Positions 38,901 to 51,239 of a stretch of DNA of 64,000 bases are shown one piece after another. The position numbers and the translations under genes are program-made. Location: the NCBI GenBank assembly GCA_964247055.1, contig OZ176050.1, positions 310,001 through 374,000 of the forward strand. The letters are read 5' to 3'. The notes beneath the pieces are model-generated. The model saw only the letters and a program-made list of their open reading frames with translations, was not told the DNA's origin and searched no databases. Numbering within the stretch: position 1 is the stretch's first letter; every line of letters starts with the position of its first letter. Source of the DNA: Paragordius varius (Eukaryota > Animalia > Nematomorpha).

Positions 38901-41900
38901 GGAACTACCATAGGGCTACCCAAAAAAATTATAGTGACATCACCTGATCAAATTTGGATTTTAGGTAGCCATTTTTATTTTTAAAATCGTATAAAATAAA
39001 TTTTTTAAATATTTAAAAAATTCCTAAAAATTACATTTATAGTCCGATCCCCAAAATATTTGGGGTGATGATGGAACTACCATAGGGCTACCCAAAAAAA
39101 ATTATGGCGACATCACCTGATCAAATTTGGATTTTAGGTAGCCATTTTTATTTTTAAAATCGTATAAAATAAATTTTTTAAATATTTAAAAAATTCAAAA
39201 AAATTACATTTATACTCCGATCTCGACAATATTTGGGGTGATGATGGAACTACCATAGGGCTACCCAAAAAAAATTATGGGGACATCACCTGATCAAATT
39301 TGGATTTTAGGTAGCCATTTTTATTTTTAAAATCGTATAAAATAAATTTTTTAAATATTAAAATTCAAAAAAATTACATTTATACTCCGATCTCGACAAT
39401 ATTTGCGGTGATGATGGAACTACCATAGGGCTACCCAAAAAAAAATATGGTGACATCACCTGATCAAATTTGGATTTTAGGTAGCCATTTTTATTTTTAA
39501 AATCGTATAAAATAAATTTTTTAAATATTTAAAAAATTCATAAAAATTACATTTATACTCCGATCTCGAAAATATTTGGGGTGATGATGGAACTACCATA
39601 GGGCTACCCAAAAAAAATTATGGTGACATCACCTGATCAAATTTGGATTTTAGGTAGCCATTTTTATTTTTAAAATCGTATAAAATAAATTTTTTAAATA
39701 TTAAAAAAATTCAAAAAAACTACATTTATACTCCGATCTCGACAATATTTGGGGTGATGATGGAACTACCATAGGGCTCAGAAAAAAAATTATGGCGACA
39801 TAACCTGATCAAATTTGGATTTTAGGTAGCCATTTTTATTTTTACAATCGTATAAAATAAATTTTTTAAATATTTAAAAAATTCATAAAAATTACATTTA
39901 TACTCCGATCTCGACAATATTTGGGGTGATGATGGAACTACCATAGGGCTACCCAAAAAAAAATATGGTGACATCACCTGATCAAATTTGGATTTTAGGT
40001 AGCCATTTTTATTTTTAAAATCGTATAAAATAAATTTTTTAAATATTTAAAAAATTCATAAAAATTACATTTATACTCCGATCTCGAAAATATTTGGGGT
40101 GATGATGGAACTACCATAGGGCTACCCAAAAAAAATTATGGTGACATCACCTGATCAAATTTGGATTTTAGGTAGCCATTTTTATTTTTAAAATCGTATA
40201 AAATAAATTTTTTAAATATTAAAAAAATTCAAAAAAACTACATTTATACTCCGATCTCGACAATATTTGGGGTGATGATGGAACTACCATAGGGCTCAGA
40301 AAAAAAATTATGGCGACATAACCTGATCAGATTTGGATTTTAGGTAGCCATTTTTATTTTTACAATCGTATAAAATAAATTTTTTAAATATTTAAAAAAT
40401 TCATAAAAATTACATTTATACTCCGATCTCGACAATATTTGGGGTGATGATGGAACTACCATAGGGCTACCCAAAAAAAAATATGGTGACATCACCTGAT
40501 CAAATTTGGATTTTAGGTAGCCATTTTTATTTTTAAAATCGTATAAAATAAATTTTTTAAATATTTAAAAAATTCATAAAAATTACATTTATACTCCGAT
40601 CTCGAAAATATTTGGGGTGATGATGGAACTACCATAGGGCTACCCAAAAAAAATTATGGTGACATCACCTGATCAAATTTGGATTTTAGGTAGCCATTTT
40701 TATTTTTAAAATCGTATAAAATAAATTTTTTAAATATTAAAAAAATTCAAAAAAACTACATTTATACTCCGATCTCGACAATATTTGGGGTGATGATGGA
40801 ACTACCATAGGGCTCAGAAAAAAAATTATGGCGACATAACCTGATCAAATTTGGATTTTAGGTAGCCATTTTTATTTTTACAATCGTATAAAATAAATTT
40901 TTTAAATATTTAAAAAATTCATAAAAATTACATTTATACTCCGATCTCGAAAATATTTGGGGTGATGATGGAACTACCATAGGGCTACCCAAAAAAAATT
41001 ATGGTAACATCAGCTGATCAAATTTGGATTTTAGGTAGCCATTTTTATTTTTAAAATCGTATAAAATAAATTTTTTAAATATTTAAAAAATTCATAAAAA
41101 TTACATTTATACTCCGATCTCGAAAATATTTGGGGTGATGATGGAACTACCATAGGGCTACCCAAAAAAATTATAGTGACATCACCTGATCAAATTTGGA
41201 TTTTAGGTAGCCATTTTTATTTTTAAAATCGTATAAAATAAATTTTTTAAATATATAAAAAATTCCTAAAAATTACATTTATACTCCGATCTCGAAAATA
41301 TTTGGGGTGATGATGGAACTACCATAGGGCTACCCAAAAAAATTATAGTGACATCACCTGATCAAATTTGGATTTTAGGTAGCCATTTTTATTTTTAAAA
41401 TCGTATAAAATAAATTTTTTAAATATTTAAAAAATTCCTAAAAATTACATTTATAGTCCGATCCCCAAAATATTTGGGGTGATGATGGAACTACCATAGG
41501 GCTACCCAAAAAAATTATAGTGACATCACCTGATCAAATTTGGATTTTAGGTAGCCATTTTTATTTTTAAAATCGTATAAAATAAATTTTTTAAATATTT
41601 AAAAAATTCATAGAAATTACATTTATACTCCGATCTCGGAAATATTTCGGGTGATGATGGAATTACCATAGGGCTACCCAAAAAAAATTATGGTGACATC
41701 ACCTGATCAAATTTAGATTTTAGGTAGCCATTTTTATTTTTAATATCGTATAAAATAAATTTTTTCAATATTTAAAAAATTCATAAAAATTACATTTATA
41801 GTCCGATCTCGACAATATTTAGGGTGATGATGGAACTATCATAGGCCTACCTAAAAAAATTATGGCGACATCACCTGATCAAATATGGATTTTAGGTAGC

Positions 41901-44900
41901 CATTTTTATTTTTAAAATCGTATAAAATAAATTTTTTAAATATTTAAAAAATTCAAAAAAATTACATTTAAAGTCCGATCTCAAAAATATTTGGGGATAT
42001 GATGGAACTACCATAGGGCTACCCAAAAAAAATTATGGCGACATCACCTGATCAAATTTGGATTTTAGGTAGCCATTTTTATTTTTAAAATCGTATAAAA
42101 TAAATTTTTTAAATATTTAAAAAATTCAAAAAAATTACATTTAAAGTCCGATCTCAAAAATATTTGGGGTGATGATGGATACCATAGGGCTACCCAAAAA
42201 AAATTATGGTGACATCACCTGATCAAATTTGGATTTTAGGTAGCCATTTTTATTTTTAAAATCGTATAAAATAAATTTTTAAATATTTAAAAAATTCATA
42301 AAAATTACATTTATAGTCCGATCTCGAAAATATTTGGGGTGATGATGGAACTACCATAGGGCTACCCAAAAAAATTATAGTGACATCACCTGATCAAATT
42401 TGGATTTTAGGTAGCCATTTTTATTTTTAAAATCGTATAAAATAAATTTTTTAAATATTTAAAAAATTCCTAAAAATTACATTTATAGTCCGATCCCCAA
42501 AATATTTGGGGTGATGATGGAACTACCATAGGGCTACCCAAAAAAAATTATGGTCACATCACCTGATCAAATTTGGATTTTAGGTAGCCATTTTTATTTT
42601 TAAAATCGTATAAAATAAATTTTTTAAATATTTAAAAAATTCATAAAAATTACATTTATACTCCGATCTCGAAAATATTTGGGGTGATGATGGAACTACC
42701 ATAGGGCTACCCAAAAAAATTATAGTGACATCACCTGATCAAATTTGGATTTTAGGTAGCCATTTTTATTTTTAAAATCGTATAAAATAAATTTTTTAAA
42801 AATTTAAAAAATTCATAAAAATTACATTTATACTCCGATCTCGGAAATATTTGGGGTGATGATGGAACTACCATAGGGCTACCCAAAAAAAATTATGGTG
42901 ACATCACCTGATCAAATTTGGATTTTAGGTAGCCATTTATATTTTTAAAATCGTATAAAATAAATTTTTTAAATATTTAAAAAATTCAAAAAAATTACAT
43001 TTAAAGTCCGATCTCAAAAATATTTGGGGTTATGATGGAACTACCATAGGGCTACCCAAAAAAAATTATGGCGACATCACCTTATCAAATTTGGATTTTA
43101 GGTAGCCATTTTTATTTTTAAAATCGTATAAAATAAATTTTTTAAATATTTAAAAAATTCATAAAAATTACATTTATACTCCGATCTCGGAAATATTTCG
43201 GGTGATGATGGAATTACCATAGGGCTACCCAAAAAAAATTATGGTGACATCACCTGATCAAATTTAGATTTTAGGTAGCCATTTTTATTTTTAATATCGT
43301 ATAAAATAAATTTTTTCAATATTTAAAAAATTCATAAAAATTACATTTATAGTCCGATCTCGACAATATTTAGGGTGATGATGGAACTATCATAGGCCTA
43401 CCTAAAAAAATTATGGCGACATCACCTGATCAAATATGGATTTTAGGTAGCCATTTTTATTTTTAAAATCGTATAAAATAAATTTTTTAAATATTTAAAA
43501 AATTCATAAAAATTACATTTATAGTCCGATCTCGAAAATATTTGGGGTGATGATGGAACTACCATAGGGCTACCCAAAAAAATTATAGTGACATCACCTG
43601 ATCAAATTTGGATTTTAGGTAGCCATTTTTATTTTTAAAATCGTATAAAATAAATTTTTTAAATATTTAAAAAATTCCTAAAAATTACATTTATAGTCCG
43701 ATCCCCAAAATATTTGGGGTGATGATGGAACTACCATAGGGCTACCCAAAAAAAATTATGGTCACATCACCTGATCAAATTTGGATTTTAGGTAGCCATT
43801 TTTATTTTTAAAATCGTATAAAATAAATTTTTTAAATATTTAAAAAATTCATAAAAATTACATTTATACTCCGATCTCGAAAATATTTGGGGTGATGATG
43901 GAACTACCATAGGGCTACCCAAAAAAATTATAGTGACATCACCTGATCAAATTTGGATTTTAGGTAGCCATTTTTATTTTTAAAATCGTATAAAATAAAT
44001 TTTTTAAATATTTAAAAAATTCCTAAAAATTACATTTATACTCCGATCTCGAAAATATTTGGGGTGATGATGGAACTACCATAGGGCTACCCAAAAAAAT
44101 TATAGTGACATCACCTGATCAAATTTGGATTTTAGGTAGCCATTTTTATTTTTAAAATCGTATAAAATAAATTTTTTAAATATTTAAAAAATTCCTAAAA
44201 ATTACATTTATAGTCCGATCCCCAAAATATTTGGGGTGATGATGGAACTACCATAGGGCTACCCAAAAAAATTATAGTGACATCACCTGATCAAATTTGG
44301 ATTTTAGGTAGCCATTTTTATTTTTAAAATCGTATAAAATAAATTTTTTAAAAATTTAAAAAATTCATAAAAATTACATTTATACTCCGATCTCGGAAAT
44401 ATTTGGGGTGATGATGGAACTACCATAGGGCTACCCAAAAAAAATTATGGTGACATCACCTGATCAAATTTGGATTTTAGGTAGCCATTTATATTTTTAA
44501 AATCGTATAAAATAAATTTTTTAAATATTTAAAAAATTCAAAAAAATTACATTTAAAGTCCGATCTCAAAAATATTTGGGGTTATGATGGAACTACCATA
44601 GGGCTACCCAAAAACAATTATGGCGACATCACCTTATCAAATTTGGATTTTAGGTAGCCATTTTTATTTTTAAAATCGTATAAAATAAATTTTTTAAATA
44701 TTTAAAAAATTCATAAAAATTACATTTATACTCCGATCTCGGAAATATTTCGGGTGATGATGGAATTACCATAGGGCTACCCAAAAAAAATTATGGTGAC
44801 ATCACCTGATCAAATTTAGATTTTAGGTAGCCATTTTTATTTTTAATATCGTATAAAATAAATTTTTTCAATATTTAAAAAATTCATAAAAATTACATTT

Positions 44901-47313
44901 ATAGTCCGATCTCGACAATATTTAGGGTGATGATGGAACTATCATAGGCCTACCTAAAAAAATTATGGCGACATCACCTGATCAAATATGGATTTTAGGT
45001 AGCCATTTTTATTTTTAAAATCGTATAAAATAAATTTTTTAAATATTTAAAAAATTCAAAAAAATTACATTTAAAGTCCGATCTCAAAAATATTTGGGGA
45101 TATGATGGAACTACCATAGGGCTACCCAAAAAAAATTATGGCGACATCACCTGATCAAATTTGGATTTTAGGTAGCCATTTTTATTTTTAAAATCGTATA
45201 AAATAAATTTTTTAAATATTTAAAAAATTCAAAAAAATTACATTTAAAGTCCGATCTCAAAAATATTTGGGGTGATGATGGATACCATAGGGCTACCCAA
45301 AAAAAATTATGGTGACATCACCTGATCAAATTTGGATTTTAGGTAGCCATTTTTATTTTTAAAATCGTATAAAATAAATTTTTTAAATATTTAAAAAATT
45401 CATAAAAATTACATTTATAGTCCGATCTCGAAAATATTTGGGGTGATGATGGAACTACCATAGGGCTACCCAAAAAAATTATAGTGACATCACCTGATCA
45501 AATTTGGATTTTAGGTAGCCATTTTTATTTTTAAAATCGTATAAAATAAATTTTTTAAATATTTAAAAAATTCCTAAAAATTACATTTATAGTCCGATCC
45601 CCAAAATATTTGGGGTGATGATGGAACTACCATAGGGCTACCCAAAAAAAATTATGGTCACATCACCTGATCAAATTTGGATTTTAGGTAGCCATTTTTA
45701 TTTTTAAAATCGTATAAAATAAATTTTTTAAATATTTAAAAAATTCATAAAAATTACATTTATACTCCGATCTCGAAAATATTTGGGGTGATGATGGAAC
45801 TACCATAGGGCTACCCAAAAAAATTATAGTGACATCACCTGATCAAATTTGGATTTTAGGTAGCCATTTTTATTTTTAAAATCGTATAAAATAAATTTTT
45901 TAAATATTTAAAAAATTCCTAAAAATTACATTTATATCCCGATCTCGAAAATATTTGGGGTGATGATGGAACTACCATAGGGCTACCCAAAAAAATTATA
46001 GTGACATCACCTGATCAAATTTGGATTTTAGGTAGCCATTTTTATTTTTAAAATCGTATAAAATAAATTTTTTAAATATTTAAAAAATTCCTAAAAATTA
46101 CATTTATAGTCCGATCCCCAAAATATTTGGGGTGATGATGGAACTACCATAGGGCTACCCAAAAAAATTATAGTGACATCACCTGATCAAATTTGGATTT
46201 TAGGTAGCCATTTTTATTTTTAAAATCGTATAAAATAAATTTTTTAAAAATTTAAAAAATTCATAAAAATTACATTTATACTCCGATCTCGGAAATATTT
46301 GGGGTGATGATGGAACTACCATAGGGCTACCCAAAAAAAATTATGGTGACATCACCTGATCAAATTTGGATTTTAGGTAGCCATTTATATTTTTAAAATC
46401 GTATAAAATAAATTTTTTAAATATTTAAAAAATTCAAAAAAATTACATTTAAAGTCCGATCTCAAAAATATTTGGGGTTATGATGGAACTACCATAGGGC
46501 TACCCAAAAAAAATTATGGCGACATCACCTTATCAAATTTGGATTTTAGGTAGCCATTTTTATTTTTAAAATCGTATAAAATAAATTTTTTAAATATTTA
46601 AAAAATTCATAAAAATTACATTTATAGTCCGATCCCCAAAATATTTGGGGTGATGATGGAACTACCATAGGGCTACCCAAAAAAAATTATGGTGACATCA
46701 CCTGATCAAATTTGGATTTTAGGTAGCCATTTTTATTTTTAAAATCGTATAAAATAAATTTTTTAAATATTTAAAAAATTCATAAAAATTACATTTATAC
46801 TCCGATCTCGAAAATATTTGGGGTGATGATGGATACCATAGGGCTACCCAAAAAAAATTATGGTGACATCACCTGATCAAATTTGGATTTTAGGTAGCCA
46901 TTTTTATTTTTAAAATCGTATAAAATAAATTTTTTAAATATTTAAAAAATTCATAAAAATTACATTTATAGTCCGATCTCGAAAATATTTGGGGTGATGA
47001 TGGAACTACCATAGGGCTACCCAAAAAAATTATAGTGACATCACCTGATCAAATTTGGATTTTAGGTAGCCATTTTTATTTTTAAAATCGTATAAAATAA
47101 ATTTTTTAAATATTTAAAAAATTCCTAAAAATTACATTTATAGTCCGATCCCCAAAATATTTGGGGTGATGATGGAACTACCATAGGGCTACCCAAAAAA
47201 AATTATGGTCACATCAGCTGATCAAATTTGGATTTTAGGTAGCCATTTTTATTTTTAAAATCGTATAAAATAAATTTTTTAAATATTTAAAAAATTCATA
47301 AAAATTACATTTA
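29630..47313 (-). repeat. ~8.0-kb near-identical segmental duplication: ~29,630-37,660 and ~39,284-47,313 (offset 9,654/9,653, ~56 monomers)
   Basis: Markers checked at the same offset: 29,701/39,355, 30,123/39,777, 31,351/41,005, 31,601/41,255, 34,962/44,615, 36,281/45,934, 37,178/46,831 and 37,551/47,204. Confidence 0.92.
29800..31300 (-). repeat. 3-monomer higher-order repeat (period 518 bp), three copies; repeated at ~39,450-40,950
   Basis: The ggctcagaaaaaaaa monomer has its C at 30,123, 30,641 and 31,159, each with aaaaactaca, cataacc and ttttacaatc. Confidence 0.9.
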
Positions 47314-47974
47314 TAGTCCGATCCCCAAAATATTTGGGGTGATGATGGAACTACCATAGGGCTACCCAAAAAAAATTATGGTGACATCACCTGATCAAAT
47401 TTGGATTTTAGGTAGCCATTTTTATTTTTAAAATCGTATAAAATAAATTTTTTAAATATTTAAAAAATTCATAAAAATTACATTTATATTCCGATCCCCA
47501 AAATATTTGGGGTGATGATGGAACTACCATAGGGCTACCCAAAAAAATTATAGTGACATCACCTGATCAAATTTGGATTTTAGGTAGCCATTTTTATTTT
47601 TAAAATCGTATAAAATAAATTTTTTAAAAATTTAAAAAATTCATAAAAATTACATTTATACTCCGATCTCGAAAATATTTGGGGTGATGATGGAACTACC
47701 ATAGGGCTACCCAAAAAAAATTATGGTGACATCACCTGATCAAATTTGGATTTTAGGTAGCCATTTATATTTTTAAAATCGTATAAAATAAATTTTTTAA
47801 ATATTTAAAAAATTTAAAAAAATTACATTTAAAGTCCGATCTCAAAAATATTTAGGGTTATGATGGAACTACCATAGGGCTACCCAAAAAAAATTATGGC
47901 GACATCACCTTATCAAATTTGGATTTTAGGTAGCCATTTTTATTTTTAAAATCGTATAAAATAAATTTTTTAAA

Positions 47975-48000
47975 TATTTAAAAAATTGATGTCACCATAA
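47975..48000. other. Inversion junction 2 (- to +)
   Basis: ...tatttaaaaaatt|gatgtcaccataa: a reverse monomer cut after aaaaaatt is joined to a forward monomer at (t)gatgtcacc. T47987 can belong to either side. Confidence 0.96.
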
Positions 48001-49800
48001 TTTTTTTGGGTAGCCCTATGGTAGTTCCATCATCACCCCGAATACTTTGGGGATCGGACTATAAATGTAATTTTTTTGAATTTTTTAAATATTTAAAAAA
48101 TTTATTTTATACGATTTTAAAAATAAAAATGGCTACCTAAAATCCAAATTTGATCAGGTGATGTCGCCATATTTTTTTTTGCGTAGCCCTATGGTAGTTC
48201 CATCATCACCCCAAATATTTTGGGGATCGGACTATAAATGTAATTTTTAGGAATTTTTTAAATATTTAAAAAATTTATTTTATACGATTTTAAAAATAAA
48301 AATGGCTACCTAAAATCCAAATTTGATCAGGTGATGTCACCATAATTTTTTTTGGGTAGCCCTATGGTAGTTCCATCATCACCCCAAATATTTTCGAGAT
48401 CGGAATATAAATGTAATTTTTATGAATTTTTTAAATATTTAAAAAATTTATTTTATACGATTTTAAAAATAAAAATGGCTACCTAAAATCCAAATTTGAT
48501 CAAATGATGTCACCATAATTTTTTTTGGGTAGCCCTATGGTAGTTCCATCATCACCCCAAATATTGTCGAGATCGGAGTATAAATGTAATTTTTTTGAAT
48601 TTTTTAAATATTTAAAAAATTTATTTTATACGATTTTAAAAATAAAAATGGCTACCTAAAATCCAAATTTGATCAGGTGATGTCGCCATAATTTTTTTTG
48701 GGTAGCCCTATGGTAGTTCCATCATCACCCCAAATATTTTCGAGATCGGAGTATAAATGTAATTTTTATGAATTTTTTAAATATTTAAAAAATTTATTTT
48801 ATACGATTTTAAAAATAAAAATGGCTACCTAAAATCCAAATTTGATCAGGTGATATCACCATAATTTTTTTTGGGTAGCCCTATGGTAGTTCCATCATCA
48901 CCCCAAATATTTTCGAGATCGGAGTATAAATGTAATTTTTATGAATTTTTTAAATATTTAAAAAATTTATTTTATACGATTTTAAAAATAAAAATGGCTA
49001 CCTAAAATCCAAATTTGATCAGGTGATGTCACCATAATTTTTTTTGGGTAGCCCTATGTTAGTTCCATCATCACCCCAAATATTTTCGTGATCGGAGTAT
49101 AAATGTAATTTTTATGAATTTTTTAAATATTTAAAAAATTTATTTTATACGATTTTATAAATAAAAATGGCTACCTAAAATCCAAATTTGATCAGGTGAT
49201 GTCACCATAATTTTTTTTGGGTAGCCCTATGTTAGTTCCATCATCACCCCAAATATTTTCGAGATTGGAGTATAAATGTAATTTTTATGAATTTTTTAAA
49301 TATTTAAAAAATTTATTTTATACGATTTTAAAAATAAAAATGGCTACCTAAAATCCAAATTTGATCAGGTGATGTCACTATAAAATTTTTGGGTAGCCCT
49401 ATGGTAGTTCCATCATCACCCCAAATATTTTGGGGATCGGACTATAAATGTAATTTTTATGAATTTTTTAAATATTTAAAAAATTTATTTTATACGATTT
49501 TAAAAAATGGCTACCTAAAATCTAAATTTGATCAGGTGATGTCACCATAATTTTTTTTGGGTAGCCCTATGGTAGTTCCATCATCACCCCAAATATTTTC
49601 GAGATCAGAGTATAAATGTAATTTTTATGAATTTTTTAAATATTTAAAAAATTTATTTTATACGATTTTAAAAATAAAAATGGCTACCTAAAATCCAAAT
49701 TTGATCAGGTGATGTCACTATAATTTTTTTGGATAGCCCTATGGTAGTTCCATCATCACCCCAAATATTTTGGGGATCGGACTATAAATGTAATTTTTAT
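47987..49800 (+). repeat. Inverted copy of ~11,520-13,332 (about 10.5 monomers)
   Basis: Private variants appear mirrored in order: gaatacttt, gcgtagcc, ggaatat, gatcaaatgatg, tgatatcacc, ctatgttag, ttcgtgatc, gattttataa, gagattgg, taaaattttt, tctaaa, gatcagag and ggatagccc. Confidence 0.92.
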
Positions 49801-50725
49801 GAATTTTTTAAATATTTAAAAAATTTATTTTATACGATTTTAAAAAATGGCTTCCTAAAATCCAAATTTGATCAGGTGATGTCACCATAATTTTTTTTGG
49901 GTAGCCCTATGGTAGTTCCATCATCACCCTAAATATTTTCGAGATCAGAGTATAAATGTAATTTTTATGAATTTTTTAAATATTTAAAAAATTTATTTTA
50001 TACGATTTTAAAAATAAAAATGGCTATCCTAAAATCCAAATTTGATCAGGTGATGTCACTATAATTTTTTTGGGTAGCCCTATGGTAGTTCCATCATCAC
50101 CCCAATTATTTTCGAGATCGGAGTATAAATGTAATTTTTATGAATTTTTTAAATATTTAAAAAATTTATTTTATACGATTGAAAAAATAAAAATGGCTAC
50201 CTAAAATCCAAATTTGATCAGGTGATGTCACCATAATTTTTTTTGGGTAGCCCTATGGTAGTTCCATCATCACCCCAAATATTTTCGAGATCGGAGTATA
50301 AATGTATTTTTTATGAATTTTTTAAATATTTAAAAAATTTATTTTATACGATTTTAAAAATAAAAATGGCTACCTAAAATCCAAATTTGATCAGGTGATG
50401 TCGCCATAATTTTTTTTGGGTAGCCCTATGGTAGTTCCATCATCACCCCAAATATTTTCGAGATCGGAGTATAAATGTAATTTTTATGAATTTTTTAAAT
50501 ATTTAAAAAATTTATTTTATACGATTTTAAAAATAAAAATGGCTACCTAAAATCCAAATTTGATCAGGTGATGTCACCATAATTTTTTTGGGTAGCCCTA
50601 TGGTAGTTCCATCATCACCCCGAATACTTTGGGGATCGGACTATAAATGTAATTTTTTTGAATTTTTTAAATATTTAAAAAATTTATTTTATACGATTTT
50701 AAAAATAAAAATGGCTACCTAAAAT

Positions 50726-50884
50726 CCAAATTTGATCAGGTGATGTCACTATAATTTTTTAACTATGGTAGTTCCATCATCACCCCAAATACTTTGGGGA
50801 TCGGACTATAATTTTTATGAATTTTTTTAATATTTAAAAAATTTATTTTATACGATTTTAAAAATAAAAATGGCTACCTAAAAT
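50726..50884 (+). repeat. Degenerate 159-bp monomer (net -8 and -6 bp indels)
   Basis: ataattttttaactatgg replaces ataattttttttgggtagccctatgg, and ggactataatttttatg replaces ggactataaatgtaatttttatg. The monomer starts are at 50,726 and 50,885. Confidence 0.88.
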
Positions 50885-51239
50885 CCAAATTTGATCAGGT
50901 GATGTCACCATAATTTTTTTTGGGTAGCCCTATGGTGGTTCCATCATCACCCCAAATATTTTCGAGATCGGAGTATAAATGTAATTTTTATGAATTTTTT
51001 AAATATTTAAAAAATTTATTTTATACGATTTTAAAAATAAAAATGGCTACCTAAAATCCAAATTTGATCAGGTGATGTCACCATAATTTTTTTTGGGTAG
51101 CCCTATGGTAGTTCCATCATCACCCCAAATATTGTCGAGATCGGAGTATAAATGTAATTTTTTTGAATTTTTTAAATATTTAAAAAATTTATTTTATACG
51201 ATTTTAAAAATAAAAATGGCTACCTAAAATCCAAATTTG

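Larger units (their letters stand above)
9711..47987 (-). repeat. Satellite block 2, inverted orientation (~221 monomers, ~38.3 kb)
   Basis: From 9,711 the sequence reads gatcaaatttggattttaggtagccattt..., the reverse complement of the monomer, without interruption until ...taaatatttaaaaaatt at 47,987. Confidence 0.98.

Noticed and set aside
9701-48000. Orientation switches caused by a transposon insertion or target-site duplication
   Set aside because: Neither junction contains foreign sequence or duplicated bases. Bases are lost rather than gained.
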